From: Gemmatimonadales bacterium
GTDB taxonomy: Bacteria; Gemmatimonadota; Gemmatimonadetes; Gemmatimonadales; GWC2-71-9
Reading direction: 5' to 3'
Length of the DNA stretch: 64,000 nt
Assembly: GCA_035309945.1 (NCBI GenBank)
Contig: DATGEQ010000009.1
Location: forward strand, 2,343-66,342
Of this stretch, positions 16,256 through 28,162 are shown piece after piece; position 1 is the stretch's first letter, and each line of letters starts with the position of its first letter. The notes under the pieces were generated by a model. The model was not told where the DNA came from. It saw nothing but the letters and a program-made list of their open reading frames with translations, and searched no databases. The position numbers were made by a program, and so were the translations under genes.

Positions 16256-17439
16256 TCGCCGAGCTTTCGCGCGAAGTTTACGATGCGGTCCAGCGCGTGT
16301 TTGATCGAATCCGTCGCCGCCGCATAGGATAGCCGGACCCACCGGTCGTCGCCGAAGGCGGCGCCGGGTACCAACGCGACTCCCGTCTGCGTGATGAGCC
16401 GAGTACAAAAGTCGGTGCCGGTGATCTGGCCGAACGAGTCCACCCGGAAGAAGAAGTAGAACGCGCCGAGCGGGTCGACGAACTCCACGCCGGGAAGATC
16501 CTGCCGGAACCGGGCGACCACCATGTCGCGGCGCTTGCGGAACTCCGCCACCATCCGATGGACGTCCTGATCCACGCGCTCGTCGCCAAGAGCGGCGGCG
16601 GCGGCGAACTGCGCGGGATGATTGGCGCCGGTGGTCGTGTGCGATTGCAGGGCCGCCATCGCCTTCGCGACCTTGGCAGGCGCCAGCGCGAAGCCGATGC
16701 GCCATCCCGTCATCGCGTACGTCTTGCTGACGCCGGTGATCAGCACGACGCGCTCCAGCAGATCATCGGGCAAGTCGAGGAACGAGGGCGCGGGGCCGGT
16801 GCCGTAGTGAATGCGCCGATAGATCTCGTCCGCGATGATCCAGACCTTCTTGGTCTTGGCCCACTGCGCGATCGCGCGGATCTCGGCGTGCGTGTAGACG
16901 GCGCCGGTGGGATTGCACGGCGAGCACAAGATCAAACCCGTCGCGCCGGGCAGCATGCGCTCCAGGTCTTTCACGCTGGCCTTGAGGCTCCATTCGGGAT
17001 CGCCGGCGATCATCACGGGCCGCGCGCGCGCGAGATGGACGATCTGCGGATACGAAACCCACGCGGGCGCGGGAATGGCGACCACATCGCCGGGCCCGAA
17101 CAGCGTGAAGCACGCGTTGAACAGCGACTGCTTGGAGCCGTTCGAGACGACGATGTGATCGGCGTTGACGGGCCGGCCGCCGGAGAGCAACGACAACTGT
17201 TTGGCGGCCGCGGCGCGGAGCTCGAGAATCCCCTCGTTCGGCGAGTAGTGCGTCTTTCCTTCTTTGATCGCGCGAATGCCGGCCTCCGCCGGAATCGGCG
17301 GTGTCGCAAAGTCGGGCTCCCCCGCGCCGAGATCGATGACGTCCTCTCCCGCGGCCTTGCGCCGCCGGGCTTCGGCGGAAATGGCGATGGTCGCGGATGT
17401 TTCGAGATGCTGGAGATTGGGAGAGAGACCTTCGATCAT
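16252..17439 (-). CDS. Class I/II PLP-dependent aminotransferase (aspartate aminotransferase-like)
   Basis: It starts MIEGLSPNLQHLETSATIAI. Recognisable segments are GEPDF, HYSPNEG, SNGSKQ, NPTG, and SKTYAMTGWRIGF with the PLP lysine. The real start is the ATG at 17439 (ATGA overlap). The upstream part of the 578-aa track ORF is an artefact. Confidence 0.92.
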   Translation of the reverse strand: MIEGLSPNLQHLETSATIAISAEARRRKAAGEDVIDLGAGEPDFATPPIPAEAGIRAIKEGKTHYSPNEGILELRAAAAKQLSLLSGGRPVNADHIVVSNGSKQSLFNACFTLFGPGDVVAIPAPAWVSYPQIVHLARARPVMIAGDPEWSLKASVKDLERMLPGATGLILCSPCNPTGAVYTHAEIRAIAQWAKTKKVWIIADEIYRRIHYGTGPAPSFLDLPDDLLERVVLITGVSKTYAMTGWRIGFALAPAKVAKAMAALQSHTTTGANHPAQFAAAAALGDERVDQDVHRMVAEFRKRRDMVVARFRQDLPGVEFVDPLGAFYFFFRVDSFGQITGTDFCTRLITQTGVALVPGAAFGDDRWVRLSYAAATDSIKHALDRIVNFARKLGD

Positions 17440-18581
17440 CGCGCAATCGCTCCGTGTTGCCTGAGGATGTTGAGGGTCGAATCGACGGGAAGCGCCCGCA
17501 CGACGCCACGATAGCCCCGCACCGTCTCGGCCCGCAACAAGGAATTGTAGATCGCTTCTTCGGTCGCGTCGATCGTCGCCTGGAAGAGCGGGGACATTGC
17601 GTCGTTGCGGACGACCTCGACGGTGTCGGACAGGCGGGCGGGGGCTGTCGACAGCGGGCGCGGTCGAACGGTGGAGAACGCCACCACGTAATCGCCGCTG
17701 CCGTTGCTCATCGAGCTGCCCGTCCGCGCGAGGCCGGCCAACGCGCGATTCGCGAGACGCGTCAGTCTCAAGTGATCGAGTGGCGCGTCGGTGGCGACGA
17801 CCATGATGATCGACCCGTCGCCGTTCGTCGGTGGGGACGCAGCATGCTGCGCCCCTAGTTTGATCTCGATCGGAACGCCCTGAATCCGCAGATCGCCGCC
17901 GAAGTTGGTCTGCACGAGCACGCCCACGGTCCATCCGCCGAATTGCGCAGGAACCTTGCGACTGGCCGTCCCGATCCCGCCTTTCCATCCGAATGCGACC
18001 GTTCCCCGTCCCGCGCCCACCGCCCCCTCCTCGACGGCACCGCCGGCGGCGCTGCGGATCGCATGCAACACGTCGGCTTCCGCGACCGGTCGCGCGCGAA
18101 TGTCGTTCAGAAAACCGTCGTTCGTCTCCGCTACGACGGGATTCGCCGACCGCACGTCCTCGTTGCCGGGAAGCGTCAACAGCCAGGTGAGCACCGCGTC
18201 CGCCGCGCGCGGAACGCAGAGCGTGCAGGTCAACACGATCGGCGACTCCAGCTCGCCGAGCTCGTTCACCTGCGTCGAGCCGGCCAGCTTGCCGAACCCG
18301 TTGCCGACCACGATCGCGGCCGGGACTTTCTCGCGAAACAGATTGCCGCCGTGGGGCAGAATCGCGGTGATGCCGGTGTTGATCGAATCCCCGCGCGTGA
18401 TCGTCGTCTGACCGACGCGGACGCCGGCGACATCCGTTATCGCGTCGAGCGGTCCGGGGGGAAGTGAACCAACGATGATGCCAAGATCTCTGGCTCGGGG
18501 GCGACCCTGCGCGTGAACAGAACCGACAAATAGGAAGAACAGCAGTAACCGGTTAGCTTTCACGCCGTCGAAAGCTAGCAT
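17436..18581 (-). CDS. DmpA/S58 (P1) family aminopeptidase with a signal peptide
   Basis: The signal peptide is MLAFDGVKANRLLLFFLFVGSVHAQG. Further segments are ITDVAGVRVGQTT, NTGITAILP, GAGRGTVAFGWKGGIGTAS and SGDYVVAFST. I chose the start at ATG 18581. Confidence 0.85.
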   Translation of the reverse strand: MLAFDGVKANRLLLFFLFVGSVHAQGRPRARDLGIIVGSLPPGPLDAITDVAGVRVGQTTITRGDSINTGITAILPHGGNLFREKVPAAIVVGNGFGKLAGSTQVNELGELESPIVLTCTLCVPRAADAVLTWLLTLPGNEDVRSANPVVAETNDGFLNDIRARPVAEADVLHAIRSAAGGAVEEGAVGAGRGTVAFGWKGGIGTASRKVPAQFGGWTVGVLVQTNFGGDLRIQGVPIEIKLGAQHAASPPTNGDGSIIMVVATDAPLDHLRLTRLANRALAGLARTGSSMSNGSGDYVVAFSTVRPRPLSTAPARLSDTVEVVRNDAMSPLFQATIDATEEAIYNSLLRAETVRGYRGVVRALPVDSTLNILRQHGAIAR

Positions 18582-18584
18582 CCT

Positions 18585-19793
18585 TTGACAATCGAGGCTC
18601 GTGTGCGGCACGTCGTCGTGGTTCTCCCTCCTGCGCTGGAGCGCGCAGGAAAAATCTGGGAGCAGATCGCCCCTCCCGCCGTTGTGGTGTGCGCGGATTA
18701 CGAGCAGGCATCGCTCTGGGCGGACGCGGCTCCCACAGACCTCCGCGCTCATGCCGTCACCGGCCTCACCCGCAGCACTGCCTTGCTCAAGGAAGGCCGC
18801 GTCGGACTACTGGCCGGCTCCCCCGCCGATCTTGCCGCGCTCGTCGCGCGTTCGGCGCTCAAGCTCGAGACCCTCAACACGATCGTGATCGCCTGGCCGG
18901 AAGCGTTCGCGGGCGAGCTCGATCCGCTGCTCGCCGAGGCAGCCGATGCGCGCCGGGTGATCTTGAGCTGGAATCCGCCCACGCTGGACGCGTTCTTCGA
19001 GCGCCATGCGCGTCGCCCCGAGATCGTCGGCAACCTCCCGCTCGACCCCGACGGCAAACCGCTCGGTCGAGTGGGCTCGGCGCGTTATGTCATCGTGTCG
19101 CTGGCGCGGCGCAGCGCCGCGGTCCGCGACGTGCTGGACGCGCTGCGCGCCAAGCGGCCTTACGTCTGGGCCGGAGGCGCCGTCGCGATCCCGCGGGACG
19201 CTGATGTCGTCGTCGCCGCAATCCTTCCGAGTCGAGAGGAACTGCAGGCGCTCGCCGGCTCGGCCGCCGGTCAGCCCGTCGTGCTCGCGCTCGCCGCGCA
19301 GCTTCCGTATCTCAACGCGATTGCGGCACTGACGCCGTTGCCACTGTCGCCCGCTGCCGATCGCGCGCAGGACCGCAATGCCGAGTTACGCGCACAGATC
19401 TCGGCCCGACTCGAGCAGGGCGATGTCGATGCAGAGCTCGCGGCGCTGGCGCCGCTGTTCGAGGACCACGATCCCGCAATGGTGGCCGGCGCGTTGTTGG
19501 CCATCGGCCGTCTGCCCTCGGCGGCGCCCGGCGAAAAGCCCGTTGAGACTCAGCCGAGCTGGGCGCGACTGTTCGTTACCGTGGGGACCAAGGATCGCGC
19601 GAGTGCGAAGGATTTGGTTGGGGCATTGATAAAAGAGGCGGGACTGCAGAAGGGACAGATTGGGAAGATCGAGGTGCGGGAGACGTTTTCGCTCGTCGAG
19701 GTGGCGACCGCCGCAATGAATCAGGCCGTGCAGCGTCTCTCTGGCGTCGCGATTCGCGGACGCCGAGTCACGGCACGGCCTGATCGAGTGTAG
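18585..19793 (+). CDS. DbpA RNA-binding-domain protein with a degenerate DEAD-box helicase-like N-terminal region
   Basis: The C-terminal 80 aa (LFVTVGTKDRASAKDLVGALIKEAGLQKGQIGKIEVRETFSLVEV...) match the DbpA/YxiN-type RNA-binding-domain pattern. The N-terminal part keeps DEAD-box spacing, but motifs are replaced (no GSGKT; IAWPE where DEAD is expected). The start is uncertain: TTG 18585 lies only 3 nt from the divergent gene start, and an in-frame GTG follows a few codons later. Confidence 0.6.
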   Translation: MTIEARVRHVVVVLPPALERAGKIWEQIAPPAVVVCADYEQASLWADAAPTDLRAHAVTGLTRSTALLKEGRVGLLAGSPADLAALVARSALKLETLNTIVIAWPEAFAGELDPLLAEAADARRVILSWNPPTLDAFFERHARRPEIVGNLPLDPDGKPLGRVGSARYVIVSLARRSAAVRDVLDALRAKRPYVWAGGAVAIPRDADVVVAAILPSREELQALAGSAAGQPVVLALAAQLPYLNAIAALTPLPLSPAADRAQDRNAELRAQISARLEQGDVDAELAALAPLFEDHDPAMVAGALLAIGRLPSAAPGEKPVETQPSWARLFVTVGTKDRASAKDLVGALIKEAGLQKGQIGKIEVRETFSLVEVATAAMNQAVQRLSGVAIRGRRVTARPDRV

Positions 19794-19799
19794 GAGCGG

Positions 19800-20090
19800 C
19801 TACTTCTTGCCGTTCACCGCCATCTTCAGCTGCTTGCCCGCCCGGAACGCCGGAGCAATCGACGCTTTGATCTGAATGACGCCGCCGGTCTTGGGGTTGC
19901 GACCCATCCTGGCCGCACGTTTACGCGCTTCAAAATTGCCGAATCCGGTGATCTGCACCTTCGAGCCTTTCTTCAGCTCTCCCGCGATGATGCCTTTGTC
20001 GTCGAAGAGGGCTTCAATGGTGCGCGTAGCATCGGCCTTCGACATCTTGGTGCGCATCGCCAGCGCGGAGGTGAGTTCAGCCTTATTCAC
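19800..20090 (-). CDS. hup: HU-family nucleoid DNA-binding protein
   Basis: 96 aa: (V->M)NKAELTSALAMRTKMSKADATRTIEALFD...GFGNFEARKRAARMGRNPKTGGVIQIKA. The start is the GTG at 20090, preceded by GGAGA. The 193-aa track ORF is over-extended. Confidence 0.92.
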   Translation of the reverse strand: MNKAELTSALAMRTKMSKADATRTIEALFDDKGIIAGELKKGSKVQITGFGNFEARKRAARMGRNPKTGGVIQIKASIAPAFRAGKQLKMAVNGKK

Positions 20091-20205
20091 GACGGTCTCC
20101 TTGAAGAGGGGCGCGAAAAGCCGCATGAACACTGAAGAACTATGGGATATCCCCCAAAAATCCGCAAGATTGCTGGACTTTCTCGACCCACACTCTGTCC
20201 GACGA

Positions 20206-20227
20206 CATTTCAAGAATTCTTGAAATG
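20206..20227. promoter_or_regulatory. Perfect 22-bp AT-rich palindrome in the hup/tdk divergent intergenic region (candidate operator)
   Basis: catttcaagaattcttgaaatg equals its own reverse complement. It lies 42 nt upstream of the tdk ATG and contains TTGAAA on both strands. Confidence 0.5.
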
Positions 20228-20268
20228 ACGTTGCCGGGGGGGCAGGTCGCGGTTTAACGTCAGGGCCC

Positions 20269-20877
20269 ATGTTCCAACAAGCGGGCCGTCCCGGATGGAT
20301 CGAAGTCATCGCCGGTGTGATGTTCAGCGGCAAGTCGGAAGAGCTCATTCGCCGCGTACGTCGCGCCGTCATTGCCCGCAAGCAGGTCCAAGTCTTTAAG
20401 TCCCATCTAGATGCGCGCTACGCCGGACTCTTCTCTGTCTCGTCGCACGACGGGGTCACCGTCGAAGCCGAGCCTATTGACTCGGCCGCGGAGATCGGCC
20501 GGCGGCTCCGCGACGGCACGGAGGTCGTGGCCGTCGACGAAGCCCAGTTCCTGGACGACGGCATCGTCGATCTCGCGAACGACCTGGCCAACCGTGGCGT
20601 CCGCGTGATCCTTGCCGGCACCGACGTCGATTTCCGCGGCCTCCCGTTCGGCCCGATGCCGACGCTCATGTGCATCGCCGAGGTGGTCGACAAATTCCAG
20701 GCGATCTGCGTGGTGTGTGGCGGGCCCGCGACGCGCAATCAACGGCTCGTCAACGGGAAGCCCGCCCTGTGGGATAGCCCGATCATCATGGTGGGGGGAC
20801 GCGAATCGTACGAAGCCCGGTGCAGACATTGTCACCGCGTTCCTCGGCAGGATGAAGATCAGACTGCGCTGCTCTAG
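20269..20877 (+). CDS. tdk: Thymidine kinase
   Basis: P-loop [20 protein letters not shown], and a C-terminal zinc ribbon (CVVCG...CRHCH) are present. Confidence 0.93.
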   Translation: MFQQAGRPGWIEVIAGVMFSGKSEELIRRVRRAVIARKQVQVFKSHLDARYAGLFSVSSHDGVTVEAEPIDSAAEIGRRLRDGTEVVAVDEAQFLDDGIVDLANDLANRGVRVILAGTDVDFRGLPFGPMPTLMCIAEVVDKFQAICVVCGGPATRNQRLVNGKPALWDSPIIMVGGRESYEARCRHCHRVPRQDEDQTALL

Positions 20878-21864
20878 ATGCTCAACGTAGGTCTGACCGG
20901 CAACATCGCCTCGGGCAAATCGACCGTCGTCGAGCTCTTCAAGAAATGGGGAGCCACGGTCATCGACGCGGACGTGCTCGCGCGCGAGGCGCAGGCGCCG
21001 GGCAGCGCGGTGCTGGCCGCGATCGCCGGTCGCTTCGGCGCCGACGTGCTTGGTCCGGGCGGCAGTCTCGATCGCGCGGCGCTCCGCGCCAAGGTGATGG
21101 GGGACGATGCCGCACTCGCGGCGCTCAACGCCATCGTGCATCCAGCCGTGCAGCGGCGCCGGCTCGAGCTGCAGCGCGCCGCCACCGAGCGCGGCGACGC
21201 GATCGTGATCAATGACATTCCTCTATTGTTCGAAGTCCTCGACCCGGCGCAATTCGATGCCGTCGTACTGGTCGACGCGCCGGTCGCCGTCCGCCGCACC
21301 AGGCTGCGCGCGCTACGCGGCCTCTCCAATGAAGACGCCGATCGTATGATCGCCGCGCAAATGCCCGCCGAGCGCAAACGCGCCCGGAGCCAAGTCGTCA
21401 TCGACAACGCCGGTACGCTCGCCGACCTCGAGTCACACGCGCGCCAGGCATTCGATGAGCTGCGCCGGCTGGCGGCCCGCGCGGGCGTCCGCCAGGAGGC
21501 GCCGAGTCAGACGTTGATTCTCTGCTCCGCGGACGCGAAGGATGCTGCCGCTCCCGCCCTCAAGGCCATCGCCTCGCGCTACACGGATGCCGGAATGCGT
21601 ATCGAATTCACGAATCCCAAAATGCTGGGGAAGCTGCTGAAGGACGTTCGCCCATTGTCGATCGTAACGACGGACGCCGCGGCGGCAGGCGCGCGCACGG
21701 CTTGGGAAACCGCCGTGCCGCCGCGCCCTTGCAGGCTCTATCACCTCTCGCCCGACCCGGATCCGATCGCCGTTCGGCTGGATCTGCGACCCTGGGGTCA
21801 CGAGCGTGTCGCGTTGAGTGAAGAGGACGGCGCAGGACTGGCGCCCCGAGCGGACCTGTTGTAG
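20878..21864 (+). CDS. coaE: Dephospho-CoA kinase with a C-terminal extension of about 125 aa of unknown function
   Basis: The N-terminus is MLNVGLTGNIASGKSTVVELFKKWGATVIDADVLAREA. The CoaE fold ends near aa 200 and the rest matches nothing I recognise. The gene starts directly after the tdk stop (TAGATG). Confidence 0.85.
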   Translation: MLNVGLTGNIASGKSTVVELFKKWGATVIDADVLAREAQAPGSAVLAAIAGRFGADVLGPGGSLDRAALRAKVMGDDAALAALNAIVHPAVQRRRLELQRAATERGDAIVINDIPLLFEVLDPAQFDAVVLVDAPVAVRRTRLRALRGLSNEDADRMIAAQMPAERKRARSQVVIDNAGTLADLESHARQAFDELRRLAARAGVRQEAPSQTLILCSADAKDAAAPALKAIASRYTDAGMRIEFTNPKMLGKLLKDVRPLSIVTTDAAAAGARTAWETAVPPRPCRLYHLSPDPDPIAVRLDLRPWGHERVALSEEDGAGLAPRADLL

Positions 21865-21875
21865 GCTCCGCACCC

Positions 21876-22265
21876 ATGTCGAGCATCCCCAAAGAACTTC
21901 GCTACACACCAGACCATGAGTGGGTGCGGGAAAGCAAAGATCCCCAGATCGTGGAAGTGGGTATCACCGACTACGCGCAGGGGGAGCTGGGCGACGTGGT
22001 GTTCGTCGAGCTGCCCAAGGCATCCGCCAACTTCAAGCAGCGCGATGCCTTCGGCACGATCGAAGCCGTGAAAGCGGTGTCGGAGCTCTACGCTCCCGTC
22101 GCGGGCACGATACTGGAGATCAACAAGGCGCTGGAGCAGGATCCGGCGCTCGTGAACCGCGATCCGTACGGCAAAGGCTGGATGATCAAGCTCAAAATCA
22201 AGAACCCGAAAGAATTGGAGGGCCTGCTTCGCGCCGACGCGTACGCGAAGCACGTCGGAGAGTGA
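21876..22265 (+). CDS. gcvH: Glycine cleavage system H protein
   Basis: 129 aa, with YTPDHEWV and the lipoyl-lysine context TIEAVKAVSELYAP. Confidence 0.93.
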   Translation: MSSIPKELRYTPDHEWVRESKDPQIVEVGITDYAQGELGDVVFVELPKASANFKQRDAFGTIEAVKAVSELYAPVAGTILEINKALEQDPALVNRDPYGKGWMIKLKIKNPKELEGLLRADAYAKHVGE

Positions 22266-22942
22266 AAGCGACATTTCACGGACATGCCTGTTTCGTCTTA
22301 GAGCAGGACGGCAAACGCGTCATCGTCGATCCCTTCCTCACCGGTAATCCCGCCGCCGACGTCGGACCGGACAAGCTTCCTCACCTCGACGCCATCCTGC
22401 TGTCGCACGGCCACGGCGACCACCTCGGCGACGCCGTCGCGCTGTCGCGGAAGCACAAGGCGACCGTCGTGGCGACCTACGAGCTCGCGCAGTTCTGCGG
22501 CGATCAGGGAGCGACGAGCCATGGCATGCACATCGGCGGCGCGCACGACTTTCCGTTCGGGAAAGTGAAGCTGGTGCCGGCGTTTCACGGGGGAAAAGTC
22601 GAAGGCGACAAAACGGGCACCTACACGACGAACCCGGCCGGTATCGTCTGGACGCTGGGCGGCAAGAGCGTCTACCACACCGGCGACACTGCGCTGACGG
22701 TCGAGATGCAGCTTCTGGCGGGGAAGATCGACCTGATGCTGGTGCCGATCGGCGACAACTTCACGATGGGCGTCGAGGACGCCGCGCGCGCCGTCGAGTT
22801 CGTGAAACCCAAAAACGTTATCCCAATGCACTACAACACGTGGGATCTCATCAAAGCCGATCCACAGGAATTCAAGCGCTTGGTGGGAAGCAAAGCGGCA
22901 GTCACGATCTTGAAGCCGGGGGAGTCGTTTACACTGTCGTAA
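22262..22942 (+). CDS. Metallo-beta-lactamase-fold hydrolase (UPF0173-like)
   Basis: The GTG start at 22262 overlaps the gcvH stop (GTGA). Recognisable segments are [26 protein letters not shown] and YHTGDT. Confidence 0.85.
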   Translation: MKATFHGHACFVLEQDGKRVIVDPFLTGNPAADVGPDKLPHLDAILLSHGHGDHLGDAVALSRKHKATVVATYELAQFCGDQGATSHGMHIGGAHDFPFGKVKLVPAFHGGKVEGDKTGTYTTNPAGIVWTLGGKSVYHTGDTALTVEMQLLAGKIDLMLVPIGDNFTMGVEDAARAVEFVKPKNVIPMHYNTWDLIKADPQEFKRLVGSKAAVTILKPGESFTLS

Positions 22943-22943
22943 C

Positions 22944-25841
<2,898 letters not shown>

Positions 25842-25896
25842 TGGGGCGTCTTGGAATCTGATCGTCCATCCCGTCGGCCGGTCCGGCGGGGAGAAC

Positions 25897-26484
25897 ATGG
25901 CGATCGACGAAGGCCTGCTGGAGAAAGTTGCGCGAGACGGCGGTGCCTATCTCCGTTTTTACCGCTGGAATCCTCCTACACTCTCCCTGGGGCGAAATCA
26001 GCCGATCACGATCAGCGGTGTTCCAATCGTACGGCGGCCGACGGGTGGGCAAGCGGTGTGGCATGACGATGAGGTCACGTACGCGGTCGTAGCCCCTATC
26101 GAGTCATTCGGATCCTTACGGAAAGCGTATTGCGAGATCCACACCCGGCTCGCTCGAGCCCTGCGGTCGCTCGGCGCGGATGCCGCGCTCGCACCAGCCC
26201 ATCCGCCCATCCGCCCATCTGCCCATCCGAGCTCCTGCTTCGCCTTTCCCGTCGGCGGCGAGATCCTCGTGCACGGCAAGAAGCTCGTCGGCTCGGCGCA
26301 AGTGCGCCGCCGGAACGCCTTTCTGCAGCATGGTTCCATTTTGCTCGGCGGCTCGCAGCAGCACGTCGGCGACGCGGGCGGCGCGACTACGCTGGCCGAG
26401 GCTTTGGGGCGTCCCGTGACGTTCGAGGAGGTGGTAGACGCGATCACCGCAACCTGGGAGATTGCTTCTCTCGCCAGCCGGTGA
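25897..26484 (+). CDS. Lipoate-protein ligase/octanoyltransferase family protein (catalytic domain only)
   Basis: Recognisable segments are NMAIDEGLL, PTLSLGRNQ, RRPTGGQAVWHD, CF..P..GEI and GKKLVGSAQVRR (catalytic lysine context). The conserved N-terminal strand appears to lie upstream of the first ATG (see findings). Confidence 0.8.
   Translation: MAIDEGLLEKVARDGGAYLRFYRWNPPTLSLGRNQPITISGVPIVRRPTGGQAVWHDDEVTYAVVAPIESFGSLRKAYCEIHTRLARALRSLGADAALAPAHPPIRPSAHPSSCFAFPVGGEILVHGKKLVGSAQVRRRNAFLQHGSILLGGSQQHVGDAGGATTLAEALGRPVTFEEVVDAITATWEIASLASR
26197..26228. repeat. (GCCCATCY)4 octanucleotide tandem repeat inside the LplA-like CDS
   Basis: It reads gcccatcc gcccatcc gcccatct gcccatcc and encodes PAHPPIRPSAHP. 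Confidence 0.9.
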
Positions 26485-26485
26485 A

Positions 26486-28159
26486 ATGTTAAGCGCCATG
26501 CCACGGTGCTCTTTCACCTCCTGCTTCATACTTCTGACGCTGACGACGCTCTCCGCCTGCGAACGACGCGGCGGCTGCACGGGCGCGGGCTGCGGCACGC
26601 TGATCGATGCCGCCGTGTCCGAACCGTCCACGCTGCTGCCACCCTCGAGCGAGGACGTCACCGCCAACGACATCGACGAGCAGCTGTTTCTCAAGCTCGC
26701 CGACGTCGGGATGTCCACGAACACCGTCGGCGACGAGGACTTTCAGCCGCTCCTGGCGCAGAAGTGGGAGTGGGACGGGCCGCTGACGCTGGTCTTTCAT
26801 CTCGATCCGCGCGCGCGCTGGCAGGACGGCACACCGGTGACGGCCGCTGACGTCGAGTTCACGTTCAACGCATATACCGATTCCATGGTCGCGTCGCCGT
26901 TTCGTCCCAAGCTCCGGCGCGTGGCGAGCGTGACCCAGCGCGACTCGCTCACGGCCGTGTTCCGGTTCCACGAGAAGTATCCGGAGATGTTCTACGACGC
27001 CGTCTACCACATGCGCGTGCTACCGGCGCATCTGCTGCGTTCGGTGCCGCGCGATCAGTGGCGGACGGCGCCGTTCGGGCGGCAGCCGGTTGGCGATGGG
27101 CCGTATCGTTTCGTGCGCTGGCAGGCGGCGCAGTCGATCGAGCTCGTCGCCGATACGAACTTCTTCCTTGGCAAGCCGGGCATCCGGCGCCTCATCTGGC
27201 GATTCACGCCGAGTCTCCCGGTTGCGGTGCAGCAGGTCATCGCGGATCAGGCCGACATCCGCGAGCAGCTCGTCACGCCGGATAACGTGGCGCGCGCGAA
27301 GGCAGCGCCGCAGCTCGCCGTGTACACCTACCGTGGCAACGTCTACACGTATCTGTGCTTCAACGAGCGTACCGCCGGCGATACGTCGAAGCCGAACCCC
27401 ATTTTCGCCGACCGCGAAGTGCGCCGGGCGCTCACGATGGCGGTCGATCGGGCCAGCCTGGTCGCCAGCGCGCTCCAAGATCTGGGAAAGGTGCCGCCCG
27501 GCCCGATCTCCTCGCTGGTCGGTATCTGGGATCCCGACATTCGCCAGCTGCCCTACGACACCGCACAGGCGAACCGCATTCTGAACGAGCGCGGCTGGCG
27601 CGATCACGACGGTGACGGGATTCGCGACAAGAACGGCAAGCCGCTGGAGTTCCACATCCTCGTCCCGACCACGAGCGCGCTCCGCAGGCAGTACGCGCGC
27701 CTGTTGCAGGAGCAGTTCCACGCCATCGGCGTCCGCGCCGACATCGACGAGCTGGAAGCGTCGGTCGTATCGCAGCGGACCGCGTCCGGCGACTTCGACA
27801 CCGCGCTACTGTCGCGCAGCAACGATCCCTCGCCCGGATCGGGCATCACGCAGAGCTGGACGCGCGATGGTCTTGGCGGCTCGAATTTCGGCCGGTACTA
27901 CAACCCCGAATTCGAGCACCTCGTCGATCGCGCGATTTCGGCCAATTCGCGCGATCAGGCGCGGGCATTATGGAAGACCGCGCTCGAAACCCTGAACGCC
28001 GATGGGGCGGGCATCTTCCTGTATTCGCTCGAGAACGTCGGCGCGGTCCACAAGCGCGTCGAGAACGTTCAGTTCCGGCCCGATTCGTGGGCGGCGCTGC
28101 TGCGCACCTGGCGCATTCCTCCCGACCGGTTGATCGATCGAGACCGCGTGGAGCGTTAA
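26486..28159 (+). CDS. Peptide/nickel ABC transporter substrate-binding lipoprotein (family 5, OppA/DppA-like)
   Basis: The lipobox is LLTLTTLSAC. Family-5 SBP patterns are present (W.DG.P.TA.DV.F..., Y.F..W). ATG 26486 or 26498 is the likely start. Confidence 0.87.
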   Translation: MLSAMPRCSFTSCFILLTLTTLSACERRGGCTGAGCGTLIDAAVSEPSTLLPPSSEDVTANDIDEQLFLKLADVGMSTNTVGDEDFQPLLAQKWEWDGPLTLVFHLDPRARWQDGTPVTAADVEFTFNAYTDSMVASPFRPKLRRVASVTQRDSLTAVFRFHEKYPEMFYDAVYHMRVLPAHLLRSVPRDQWRTAPFGRQPVGDGPYRFVRWQAAQSIELVADTNFFLGKPGIRRLIWRFTPSLPVAVQQVIADQADIREQLVTPDNVARAKAAPQLAVYTYRGNVYTYLCFNERTAGDTSKPNPIFADREVRRALTMAVDRASLVASALQDLGKVPPGPISSLVGIWDPDIRQLPYDTAQANRILNERGWRDHDGDGIRDKNGKPLEFHILVPTTSALRRQYARLLQEQFHAIGVRADIDELEASVVSQRTASGDFDTALLSRSNDPSPGSGITQSWTRDGLGGSNFGRYYNPEFEHLVDRAISANSRDQARALWKTALETLNADGAGIFLYSLENVGAVHKRVENVQFRPDSWAALLRTWRIPPDRLIDRDRVER

Positions 28160-28162
28160 GTA

